DNA of 63,764 nucleotides, filler included. It is 7 parts of 7 records of this genome, joined end to end, with 100 filler letters (N's around TTAATTAATTAA, not from the genome) between each part and the next. Parts side by side here need not be neighbours in the genome. Positions count along the whole stretch, not along the records: positions 27,642 to 36,602 come from DRR723986_24703; positions 36,703 to 43,394 come from DRR723986_24812; 5 more parts are not named here. One strand, written 5' to 3'. The position numbers and the translations under genes were made by a program. Shown in pieces: positions 27,955-36,852 of the stretch; positions within the stretch are counted from its first letter, which is position 1; every line of letters begins with the position of its first letter. The notes under the pieces were generated by a model that saw only the letters and a list, made by a program, of their open reading frames with translations, made no database searches and was not told where the DNA came from.

Positions 27955-30201
27955 TCAGCCCTCAAAACGCGAGACGGACTTAACACCCTTAACGCCGCGC
28001 AGCAGCCTGAATATGCCTTCCACCTGTTTAACATCTGCCACATGTACCGTCACAATCCCCTCAAAAATGGAATCGTAGGAATCGATATTAAGTGCGCGGA
28101 TATTGGTTTTGTCAAACGATAGAATTGCCGTCGTAATATCATTAATCATTGCCGGACGGTCATCGCCACTGATTTTAATTGCGGCCAGAAAACTTTTCGC
28201 CTGGCTTGACGACCAACGCACATCCACAAGTCGCGGCTTAAGTGTTTCCTGCATCGAGAGGATATTTTTGCAGGCCGTGCGGTGAATTTTAACGCCACCG
28301 CCAACAGTAACAACGCCGGTAATCTCATCGCCGGGAACCGGATTACAACAGCGCGCATAGGAATACTTTAGCGGAGCGTCAGACCCCACCATGTACACGC
28401 CGTCCGCCTCGGTTCTGGCAGTTTGTTTAAACTTGTTAAAATTGGCAGCATCCTTAACAGGTTCTTCGGCAGGTGATTCCGCTCGGCGTGCGCCACCCGC
28501 CTTGTTCCAGCGTTCGAGCACCGCCGCCTCGGCTTCGGCCAGTGTTAACTTGCCACTTCCTAGAGCAACAAAGAATTCAGCGCGGTTCATGTAACGCAGC
28601 TGACGCACTATTTTCTCAAGCTCATCATCGTTGATGTGCACCTTGAGCTTGCGCATTCGCCGCGCCCATAAATCGCGACTTTCCGTAATTTTAACACGAC
28701 GTTCTTCATTAAAGAACTTGCGAATATTGGACTTGGCCTTGTGCGTGATCGCAAACTTATCCCAATCCTTGTTGGGCCGCTGATTTTTTGAAGTGATAAT
28801 CTCCACCTGGTCACCGCTGTGCAGCTCGTAATCCAGTGGAACAATTTTTTGGTTAACCTTGGCGCCGATACAGTGATGCCCAACCTTGGTGTGAATCGCA
28901 TAGGCAAAATCTACCGGCGTGGCCTTCTGTGGCAGAATGCGCAGTTCACCCTTGGGTGTGAAAACGTAAATTTCGTTCTGGTACAGGTTTAACTTAAACG
29001 ACTCAACTACCTGCTCAGGAGCCTCGTCACCCGCGCTGTCAAACACATCGCGGACCCAGTGCACCCACTCTTCCAGCTCAGAATCTTCTATATAAGAATT
29101 GCCACTGACTTCTTTGTAGCGGAAGTGCGCGGCCACCCCTTTTTCGGCCACCTCGTGCATCGTCCGTGTCCGGATCTGCACTTCCACCTTGCGTCCCCCA
29201 GGACCAATCACGGTCGTGTGCAGAGACTGGTAGCCATTCTTCTTGGGTACCGAAATGTAATTCTTAAAGCGCTCAGGCACAGGTGTGTAGATGTCAGACA
29301 CAATCCCATAAACCGTAAAACAGTCGTTGGGTTTATCAGTGTCCAGAATAATCCGCACAGCAAAAAGATCATAAATCTCTTCGATAGTTTTGCCGCGATT
29401 GACCAGCTTGTTGTAAATCGAAAAGATGTGTTTGGCGCGGCCACCAACATCAAAAGTAAAACCGGCTTCGCGCAGCTGGGCTTCTATCGGCGCAGAAAAA
29501 GAGCTGATATAACCTTCGCGTTCCTGGCGCTTAATGTTAAGTGAGTTTTTAATCTGGTCAAAAGCCGGGCGATTGGTGTACTTAAAACCAAGGTCTTCCA
29601 GCTCCCATTTAATCGACCCCAAACCAAATCGATGCGCCAGCGGAGCGTAAATTGTTAACGTTTCACGAGCTAAGCGTTTCTGCTTTTCCGGTTTCAAATA
29701 TTGAAGCGTGCGCATGTTGTGCAGGCGGTCAGCAAACTTAACCAGAATCACGCGCACATCGTTAATTAACGAGATCAGCAGCTTGCGGTAACTTTCGGCT
29801 TTGGTGACGTCGTGGCTCTTAAACACGTCCGTAATTTTTGTTGCCCCATCCACAATATTGGCAACCTCGGGACCGAACTCTTCGTGGATATCGTTCTGGC
29901 TGAACTCCGTATCCTCCACGACGTCGTGCAGGAGCGCTGCGGCAACCGAAATATCATCCAGCGGCAGTTCGGTTGCTACAATTTTGGCAACCTGAATTGG
30001 ATGAGTGTAATACGCTTCGCCGGATGCTCGTAAATCTTTGCCATGTGCCTGCACACAAAAGTCGAACGCCTTGGCGATCATGGCTTCATTTACATGCCGC
30101 AAGTTTTTACGGCACACCTCTAACAGTTCGTTCTTATGCTGCAGAATTTCCGCTTCCTGCTTAGCCGAACTCTGGTCTTTCTTTTGTTCCTTCATGCCCA
30201 T
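27955..30201 (-). CDS. rel: Bifunctional (p)ppGpp synthetase/hydrolase, RelA/SpoT
   Basis: Intact HD motif (ALLHDVVED), DRLHNMRT, NGYQSLHT, TGS (DFAYAIHT), CC and ACT domains. Confidence 0.96.
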   Translation of the reverse strand: MGMKEQKKDQSSAKQEAEILQHKNELLEVCRKNLRHVNEAMIAKAFDFCVQAHGKDLRASGEAYYTHPIQVAKIVATELPLDDISVAAALLHDVVEDTEFSQNDIHEEFGPEVANIVDGATKITDVFKSHDVTKAESYRKLLISLINDVRVILVKFADRLHNMRTLQYLKPEKQKRLARETLTIYAPLAHRFGLGSIKWELEDLGFKYTNRPAFDQIKNSLNIKRQEREGYISSFSAPIEAQLREAGFTFDVGGRAKHIFSIYNKLVNRGKTIEEIYDLFAVRIILDTDKPNDCFTVYGIVSDIYTPVPERFKNYISVPKKNGYQSLHTTVIGPGGRKVEVQIRTRTMHEVAEKGVAAHFRYKEVSGNSYIEDSELEEWVHWVRDVFDSAGDEAPEQVVESFKLNLYQNEIYVFTPKGELRILPQKATPVDFAYAIHTKVGHHCIGAKVNQKIVPLDYELHSGDQVEIITSKNQRPNKDWDKFAITHKAKSNIRKFFNEERRVKITESRDLWARRMRKLKVHINDDELEKIVRQLRYMNRAEFFVALGSGKLTLAEAEAAVLERWNKAGGARRAESPAEEPVKDAANFNKFKQTARTEADGVYMVGSDAPLKYSYARCCNPVPGDEITGVVTVGGGVKIHRTACKNILSMQETLKPRLVDVRWSSSQAKSFLAAIKISGDDRPAMINDITTAILSFDKTNIRALNIDSYDSIFEGIVTVHVADVKQVEGIFRLLRGVKGVKSVSRFEG

Positions 30202-30600
30202 AGGCGGCAAATCTCACCAATTTCAAATCCAAAATCAAACAGTATTCGGCACCCGCAGCTTAAAAAATGGTCGGCCCTAGCTGGTAACGGCCGGCAAATG
30301 CCGATCGCCGGCAGCCCAGCCTGGCAGTTTGTGAGCGGAGTACACATTATTCCGGCAGGTAGCGACGTTCGGCTCAGGCCTGTATTACTTCGCGGCTACA
30401 TCAGCGCTCCAAACGTCAACAAGTCTTCAAAAAATGGCATGTGAGGTCGCTCCTGAAGCCCGTTGCTGCCCAAGCCTAATGACCTAATAAACTGCACACG
30501 CGCAGCCTGCCGGAGGCCTGCAAACGGCATCGCACAGTTTTCTGACTTCATTTTGTGCAAAAAATAATCCATATTCGTCGGAAATATCCGATAAGGTACA

Positions 30601-30882
30601 ATGGCCACTGAGAATTCACATAACCGCGCTAGAGCTAAACGTCCTGCATATGTAGGGCGCACGATCTACGATGAATTGGCCGAAGTCGGAGAACTGGACA
30701 CCTTCCTGCGCGAATACCTCAACAAGAAGTACGAAGACGATCCAGGCTTCCGCGAAGAGATGCTCGACACGATGTTTCGCAAATCGCCGGACATCGTTCC
30801 GGCCGTCGAAAATTATCTGCTGGAAAAACTTTGCTCCAGCATGAGCTACTTCCTGGAATACACAAAACCATGTCGAAACTAG
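30601..30882 (+). CDS. Hypothetical protein (93 aa)
   Basis: AAGG before the ATG, coding-like composition, overlaps the next gene. Confidence 0.65.
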   Translation: MATENSHNRARAKRPAYVGRTIYDELAEVGELDTFLREYLNKKYEDDPGFREEMLDTMFRKSPDIVPAVENYLLEKLCSSMSYFLEYTKPCRN

Positions 30883-31736
30883 AGTCAAACGCCATCAGTG
30901 CCGAAGTTGCCGGATTGTTCGATACAATCCGCAAACAGGCGCACGACTACTGCCGGCTGATGGACGACTTGACCGCCCGCGCCGCCGAAGTCCAGCAGCA
31001 GGGCAAAGAATTACGCGCTGAGTTCGACAGCCTCAGCCAAGAGCAGCGCAGCTCCCTCAACAACGTCGAGGAAACCACCACCGAAGCGCTCAGGACCATC
31101 CGCGATAAATCTGCCGACATAGAGCGCATTCACGGCGAACTCAGTAGCATTGAAAAAACACGCGACGCCATTCTCAGCGCCAATCGCGACATCAATGCGC
31201 GCCGTGCCGAGATAGACAAACTTCTCAAAAGCAGTGAGCAAAAAATTAATCAGATGATCGCCGACGGCTTCCTGGACCTCGAAAAAAAGGTCGCCTTGCA
31301 AGTTCAGCAGCTCAAAGACGAGTCCCACCGCCTCGATCAGCGCCAGGTAGGTCTGCACGACAAACATCGCCGTGAGACCAAAATGATTCAGGATGACATC
31401 GACGAGTTCAAAAGCAAAGTCACCGAAACCAAATACATCGTCGATGAAACCACAAAAATCGTCGAAGTCATGGTCGAAGACGCCAATCAGGAAATGGAGC
31501 GCAAAATCGGCGCCGCGCGCCGCGAAGTCGATAAATTGCTGCAGGCCGTCGAAATCCCCGAAGACTCCTCCATCCACGAACTCACAAATCGCATTCAGCA
31601 GCTAAGCAGCGACAACAGCGAACTGCGCAAAAAACTAACTTCACTCCAGTCACGCATGGGCACAATCCAGTTTCTGGCCATCGGCTGTGGTCTGGGCGCC
31701 GTCATTATCAGCGCCATTATCGCCGGTGCTTTCTAA
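30870..31736 (+). CDS. Coiled-coil protein with C-terminal membrane anchor
   Basis: Heptad-rich E/K/Q/L sequence; terminal hydrophobic helix FLAIGCGLGAVIISAIIAGAF. Confidence 0.75.
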   Translation: MSKLESNAISAEVAGLFDTIRKQAHDYCRLMDDLTARAAEVQQQGKELRAEFDSLSQEQRSSLNNVEETTTEALRTIRDKSADIERIHGELSSIEKTRDAILSANRDINARRAEIDKLLKSSEQKINQMIADGFLDLEKKVALQVQQLKDESHRLDQRQVGLHDKHRRETKMIQDDIDEFKSKVTETKYIVDETTKIVEVMVEDANQEMERKIGAARREVDKLLQAVEIPEDSSIHELTNRIQQLSSDNSELRKKLTSLQSRMGTIQFLAIGCGLGAVIISAIIAGAF

Positions 31737-31942
31737 ACATAACCTGTCATCATTCTGACGTTTTTTTGACGCCGTGTTGCCCAACTTTTTGCGCATTTAC
31801 GCCTGCATTTTGCTTCTCTCCCGGCCTCGCTACGCCCCCAATTCTTACCCTGTCATCTCCCCCTACTGCCTACTTTTCAAACTCGCTGACATAACTCGCT
31901 GACAAATCCCTCTGCAAAACCATCTTGTTTGTCGCTGGTCCC

Positions 31943-31984
31943 AAAACGAGAAAACCCGCCGAACCAAAGGTCAGGCGGGTCTCC
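31943..31984 (-). terminator. Rho-independent terminator of the E1 gene
   Basis: ACCCGCC...GGCGGGT stem followed by TTTCTCGTTTT on the minus strand. Confidence 0.65.
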
Positions 31985-32102
31985 AGATATTAAGCTATTG
32001 CATCGGCTCGCAGTCCGCTTTTGAGTCGCTCAGCGCATAGTCCAGGCTCCTGAGCCCAAAGTTACGCTTCGCTTCCCCTGGCAGCCTGCCGCATAGCGAA
32101 GA

Positions 32103-34322
32103 TCAGTACTTGGCAGTTGCCGTCACGGCATCTACAATGTCCTTCTCCTGCAGCAGAATCGCACCTTCCAGCTTGGCCGAGAAACCAACCGGACAGTCCT
32201 TGCTGGCCACGCGGCCCACAGGTGCATCCAGATAGCTGAAACATTCGCTCGAAATTGCCGCGGCAATCTCACCGCCAATACCGCCCGTCATGTAGTGCTC
32301 GTGCGCTACAACTACGCGGTTTGTTTTCTTGACGGCCTCAAAGACCATCTTCTCGTCCCAGGGACGCAGGGAACGCAGGTCAATCACCTCAGCGTCGATT
32401 CCGGCTTTCTCCAGCGTTCCGACAGCGCGCAACACCTTGTGCAAAGCATTGCCATAGGTAACAATCGTCACGTCCTTACCTTCACGGCGGCGTTTGCCTT
32501 TGCCAAAAGGAATAATGTAATCGTCAGCGGGTTTGGACTCAGACGTCGGACGGAAGTTGTACAGAGCTTTTGGCTCCAGATACAGCGTCACACCACGCGA
32601 ACGCATCGAGCTGCGCATCAGGCCGACGGCATCGGAGGCAAATGCCGGGCAGACAACACGAAGACCAGGAAGATGAGAGAAGATTGCGTCCAGATTCTGT
32701 GAGTGATACAGACCACCCTGGATATATCCACCGCTGGCCAATCGAATTGTAATGTTCGGTGAGAACTGACCTTTGGTGCGCCAGTAATCGTGTGAACATT
32801 CAATCAGCTGCTCCATCGCCGGCCAGAAATAATCCGCAAACTCGGCACCTTCCACAACGACGCGAATCTCATCGTCGTAGCGGCAGAAACCGTTCGCCGT
32901 TCCAACGATTGAATCTTCGGCAATTGCAGCGTTAAAGATGCGCTCGTTGCCAAACTCATCCAGCATGCCCTTGGGCACATTAAAAATACCTTGTTTGTTG
33001 ACCGAGGCTACATCCTGTCCCCAAAGATAGGTTTTGGGATTGCGGCGGAACTCTTCCTTCAGCGTCGTATTGATCGCTTCGCGGAAGGTCAGCAATTCAC
33101 CTTTGGGGTCGTGGTTGTACGCGGCTTCGGAGTTATCGCTATAGTCGACGATTGGATCCGGCACGATAAACTGTGTCCAGGACTGTGGGTCCGGCTCAGC
33201 GGCGGCTTCGGCCACGTCGGCGGCAGCGAAGATCAACTCTTTGTTTTTCTCTTCAACAGCTACAATTTCTTCTTCCGTCATCAACTTGCGGTCGAGCAGC
33301 ATCTGGCGGTAGCGTGGCAGCGGGTCGCGCGCAGCCATTTCATCAAAGTCAGACTGGACGCGGTATAATTCGTGATTGTCCGAATTGGAGTGTGAGCCAA
33401 TCCTGTCGCAGTCGGCATGCACAAAAGCGGCGCCGGCGCCGGAGAGCACATATTCGCGGGCTTCCTGCATGGCGCGGTACGATGCAAACGGATCCAGACC
33501 ATCACAGTTGATAATCTTGAGGTTTTTGAATCCGCGGAAGTTGTCCGAAACGCGTGTATTGGCCGTTTGCTCCGTTACCGGAACTGAAATACCGAACTTG
33601 TTATTCTGAATCGCGAAAATAACCGGCAGTTTTTCAAGCGTCGCCGTATTTATGGCTTCATAGAAATAGCCTTCGGAGCAGGCCGACTCACCACCGGAAT
33701 AAATTGTGAACTCGTCGCCTTTAAATTTTTTGATGGCACGTGCCGTACCAACCGCGTGCAGCGAGTGGTTGCCGGTGCAGGACGAACCATTTTGAATCCC
33801 GATCTCAGGCTTGGCAAAGTGATTGCTCATGTGGCGGCCGCCACCGGCAACATCACCGTCTTTGCTGAGGCCGTTCAGAATCAGCTCTTCGACGCTGAGG
33901 CCCGCCGAGAGGCATGTCAGCATATCGCGATAGTACGGGAAGAGAAAGTCTTTGCTTGAGCGGAACGTTGTACCAATCGCCAGCTGAATACCGTCATGAC
34001 CGGCGTAGGGCGCGTGGTAAGACCAGCCTTTAGCCATTTTGAGGTACAGCGCGGCTTTTTGGTCCAGGCGACGCCCCAGATGCAGAATCTTATACCATTC
34101 AATAATGGTCGCATCATCAAAGCCGGTGGTGTCAAATGCACCGGTGCGGTCGCCGAATTCTGATTCGGGCGGGGCTGATGTTCCATTGGCGGCAACCGTT
34201 TGGTCCGTCGCGCCGTCAGCGGACTTACCATTCGCCGCTCGTTTTTCTTCAGTCGCCACATCTTGTTTGGCCTGGGACGACGCGCTTGCCGCGCCGCGCT
34301 TTTGTCTGGTTGCCTTCGCCAT
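32103..34322 (-). CDS. Fused alpha/beta E1 of a (branched-chain) 2-oxoacid dehydrogenase
   Basis: PYYRD, HMSNH, TPP-site ESA...QNN, SHSNSD, beta-subunit GQDV, HSQN, EPK, DLRSL. Confidence 0.9.
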   Translation of the reverse strand: MAKATRQKRGAASASSQAKQDVATEEKRAANGKSADGATDQTVAANGTSAPPESEFGDRTGAFDTTGFDDATIIEWYKILHLGRRLDQKAALYLKMAKGWSYHAPYAGHDGIQLAIGTTFRSSKDFLFPYYRDMLTCLSAGLSVEELILNGLSKDGDVAGGGRHMSNHFAKPEIGIQNGSSCTGNHSLHAVGTARAIKKFKGDEFTIYSGGESACSEGYFYEAINTATLEKLPVIFAIQNNKFGISVPVTEQTANTRVSDNFRGFKNLKIINCDGLDPFASYRAMQEAREYVLSGAGAAFVHADCDRIGSHSNSDNHELYRVQSDFDEMAARDPLPRYRQMLLDRKLMTEEEIVAVEEKNKELIFAAADVAEAAAEPDPQSWTQFIVPDPIVDYSDNSEAAYNHDPKGELLTFREAINTTLKEEFRRNPKTYLWGQDVASVNKQGIFNVPKGMLDEFGNERIFNAAIAEDSIVGTANGFCRYDDEIRVVVEGAEFADYFWPAMEQLIECSHDYWRTKGQFSPNITIRLASGGYIQGGLYHSQNLDAIFSHLPGLRVVCPAFASDAVGLMRSSMRSRGVTLYLEPKALYNFRPTSESKPADDYIIPFGKGKRRREGKDVTIVTYGNALHKVLRAVGTLEKAGIDAEVIDLRSLRPWDEKMVFEAVKKTNRVVVAHEHYMTGGIGGEIAAAISSECFSYLDAPVGRVASKDCPVGFSAKLEGAILLQEKDIVDAVTATAKY

Positions 34323-34800
34323 AAAGCATCACCCTTACGTAAACGATTGTATGTTTTTTTGAAGTAGTATCTTACAGATATTCGCCCGGCCGCCCCTTGA
34401 TCCTTTCCAAAGGCCACACGTGACTGGGCTGCGGCATTCAAACATGCCGTCAAATTTTGTGCGCCGGTTTTGCAGCGCAAGAGCTTACAAAACCAGAGTT
34501 CTCCCCGTTCCGGCAAGATTTAGGCATGCCTGGCGGCGGAGGATTTGCCGCAGAAAACACAAATTACGATTAATGTGGCAAAAATGCGACGCGAAGCAGA
34601 GGACGAGCAGAAGTTCTGCCGCGTGTGACGTGCAGCAAAAACTGCCCGGAATTCGTATTTTGTCAATCTGTTGAGAATTCAGGGCTGCATTCCAGGCCAC
34701 TACAGCTATCCGCTCTGCGATATCCTGAGCCTACAATTGACCTTGATCTCCAGCAGACCAATTCCGGGACAGTGTGTAGAGGCAACGAGTACGAGGTGAT

Positions 34801-36465
34801 ATGTCAGCGACGATTGGAACGCCGATTAAAGACGATTTGAACTACAATGCCAACGCCGATGCCAATAAGGGACAATGGCGCAAAATCTCGGCACTGGCCG
34901 ACCGCACCAAAAAAGGCGGCGGTGAGAAGTCAATTGCACGACACGAGGCCAAAGGCAAGATGACGGCGCGCGACCGTATCCGTGCACTCCTCGATCCCGA
35001 AACATATTTCCTGGAAATCGGCATGTTCGCGGCCGAAGGACACTACAAAGAATACGGTGGAGCACCTTCAGCTGGAGTCGTCGCCGGCATTGGCGTCATC
35101 CACGGCCGTGAGTGCATGGTCGTAGCCAACGATGCGACGGTAAAAGCCGGTGCGTGGTTCCCGATGACGGCCAAGAAAAATTTGCGCGCACAAGAAATTG
35201 CGATTGAAAACCACCTGCCGATCATCTATTTAGTCGATTCGGCGGGCGTATTTCTGCCAATGCAGGATGAAATTTTTCCAGATAAGGAACACTTTGGTCG
35301 GCAGTTCCGCAATAACGCCGTGATGTCCGCCAAAGGCATTCCGCAAATTGCAGCGATTATGGGGCCCTGCGTCGCCGGTGGCGCCTACCTGCCGATCATG
35401 AGTGACGAGGCATTGATTGTTGACGGCACCGGCAGCCTCTTCCTGGCTGCGCCAGCGCTCGTGGAAGCCGCAATCGGCGAAAGAGCCGAAATAGAAGAGC
35501 TGGGCGGCGCCACGATGCACACGTCCGTCAGCGGCGTTGTTGACTACAAATGCGCCAACGATGCCGAAGCCATCACAAAAGTACGTGACCTGGTAGACAA
35601 GTTCGGCCCCGCCAAAGGCCGCAAAAACCTGTTTGACCGCAGCGAAGCGGCCGCCCCGGCTTTTGACGCTGAAGAACTCTGGGGTGTATTGCCATCCGAG
35701 CGCACCAAACCCTATAACATGCGCGAACTCCTGGCCCGCATAGTCGATCGCTCGGAATTCGACGAATACAAAGCCGACTACGGCAAGTCAATCGTGTGTG
35801 GTTATGCCCGCATTGACGGCTGGGCCGTCGGAATTGTAGCCAATGACCGCGACGTGCTGCGCAATGCTCAGGGCGAGATTCAGGTTGGCGGAGTTATTTA
35901 CTCCGACAGCGCCGACAAAGCCGCGCGATTTATTATGAACTGCAACCAGCGCAATATTCCCTTGGTCTTTTTCCAGGATGTAACCGGATTCATGGTCGGC
36001 ACACGTGCTGAGCAGGGTGGAATCATTAAGGACGGCGCCAAAATGGTTAATGCCGTCTCAAATTCTACCGTTCCCAAGTTCACATTTATCGTGGGCAACA
36101 GTTATGGCGCAGGCAACTATGCGATGTGTGGCAAAGCCTATGACCCGCGTTTCATTTTTGCCTATCCCGGTGCCAAAATCGCGGTGATGGGCGGTGCGCA
36201 GGCGTCCAAAACCCTCTTAACAATTCGTCTGGCCTCGCTCAAGAAACAAGGCAAAAGCATGTCGGATGAAGAGCAGGCGGCGATGCTCAAAGAAATCCAC
36301 GAGCGTTATGATGAACAAACTACGCCCGTTTACGCTGCTGCGCGCCTCTGGGTTGACGGAATCATTTCGCCGCCGGATACGCGCGCGATTATCTCGCGCG
36401 GAATCGCCTGTGCCTCACACAACGATTCGGTTCCGGCATTTAATGCTGGTGTACTGCAGACCTGA
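34801..36465 (+). CDS. liuB: Acyl-CoA carboxylase carboxyltransferase subunit (methylcrotonyl-CoA carboxylase beta-like)
   Basis: NDATVKAG, LVDSAG, CVAGGAY, QDVTGFMVG, GAGNYAMCG, ARLWVDGII. Confidence 0.85.
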   Translation: MSATIGTPIKDDLNYNANADANKGQWRKISALADRTKKGGGEKSIARHEAKGKMTARDRIRALLDPETYFLEIGMFAAEGHYKEYGGAPSAGVVAGIGVIHGRECMVVANDATVKAGAWFPMTAKKNLRAQEIAIENHLPIIYLVDSAGVFLPMQDEIFPDKEHFGRQFRNNAVMSAKGIPQIAAIMGPCVAGGAYLPIMSDEALIVDGTGSLFLAAPALVEAAIGERAEIEELGGATMHTSVSGVVDYKCANDAEAITKVRDLVDKFGPAKGRKNLFDRSEAAAPAFDAEELWGVLPSERTKPYNMRELLARIVDRSEFDEYKADYGKSIVCGYARIDGWAVGIVANDRDVLRNAQGEIQVGGVIYSDSADKAARFIMNCNQRNIPLVFFQDVTGFMVGTRAEQGGIIKDGAKMVNAVSNSTVPKFTFIVGNSYGAGNYAMCGKAYDPRFIFAYPGAKIAVMGGAQASKTLLTIRLASLKKQGKSMSDEEQAAMLKEIHERYDEQTTPVYAAARLWVDGIISPPDTRAIISRGIACASHNDSVPAFNAGVLQT

Positions 36466-36497
36466 GGCCATCCGGCTTAAACAGTTTGATTAATTAC

Positions 36498-36532
36498 AAG
36501 CTCGAAACAGACTATCTGTTTCGGGCTTTTTT
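36498..36532 (+). terminator. Rho-independent terminator
   Basis: AAGCTCGAAACAGA-CTA-TCTGTTTCGGGCTT followed by a T run. Confidence 0.85.
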
Positions 36533-36563
36533 GTTTAAGGTTTTTCTCAAAGACTGCGGGCTT

Positions 36564-36600
36564 TAAACAACGAAGCCGCTCCGGAGTATCCGGAGCGGCT
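36564..36600 (-). terminator. Terminator for a convergent gene beyond the fragment end
   Basis: Perfect stem AGCCGCTCCGGA-GTA-TCCGGAGCGGCT with TCGTTGTTT on the minus strand. Confidence 0.6.
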
Positions 36601-36602
36601 GG

Positions 36603-36702
36603 NNNNNNNNNNNNNNNNNNNNNNNNNNNNNNNNNNNNNNNNNNNNTTAATTAATTAANNNNNNNNNNNNNNNNNNNNNNNNNNNNNNNNNNNNNNNNNN
36701 NN
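36603..36702. other. Artificial contig linker
   Basis: Same 100-nt spacer. Confidence 0.98.
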
Positions 36703-36852
36703 TTCGCGCTGGCTGGCTCTACTTCGCGCTGGGGCGGATTCCGTAGCAGGCAATGCGTCTGACTAAGTTTCTTCCTTTGTGTCTTTCGATTGGGGCTGTA
36801 TTCGACGACAATGGAGCGACCAGGACGTCTCATTGTTTCAGGTCGGTTACCA

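Noticed and set aside
31880-31904. Short direct repeat AACTCGCTGACA x2
   Set aside because: Only two copies, between convergent genes; consistent with a local slippage duplication.
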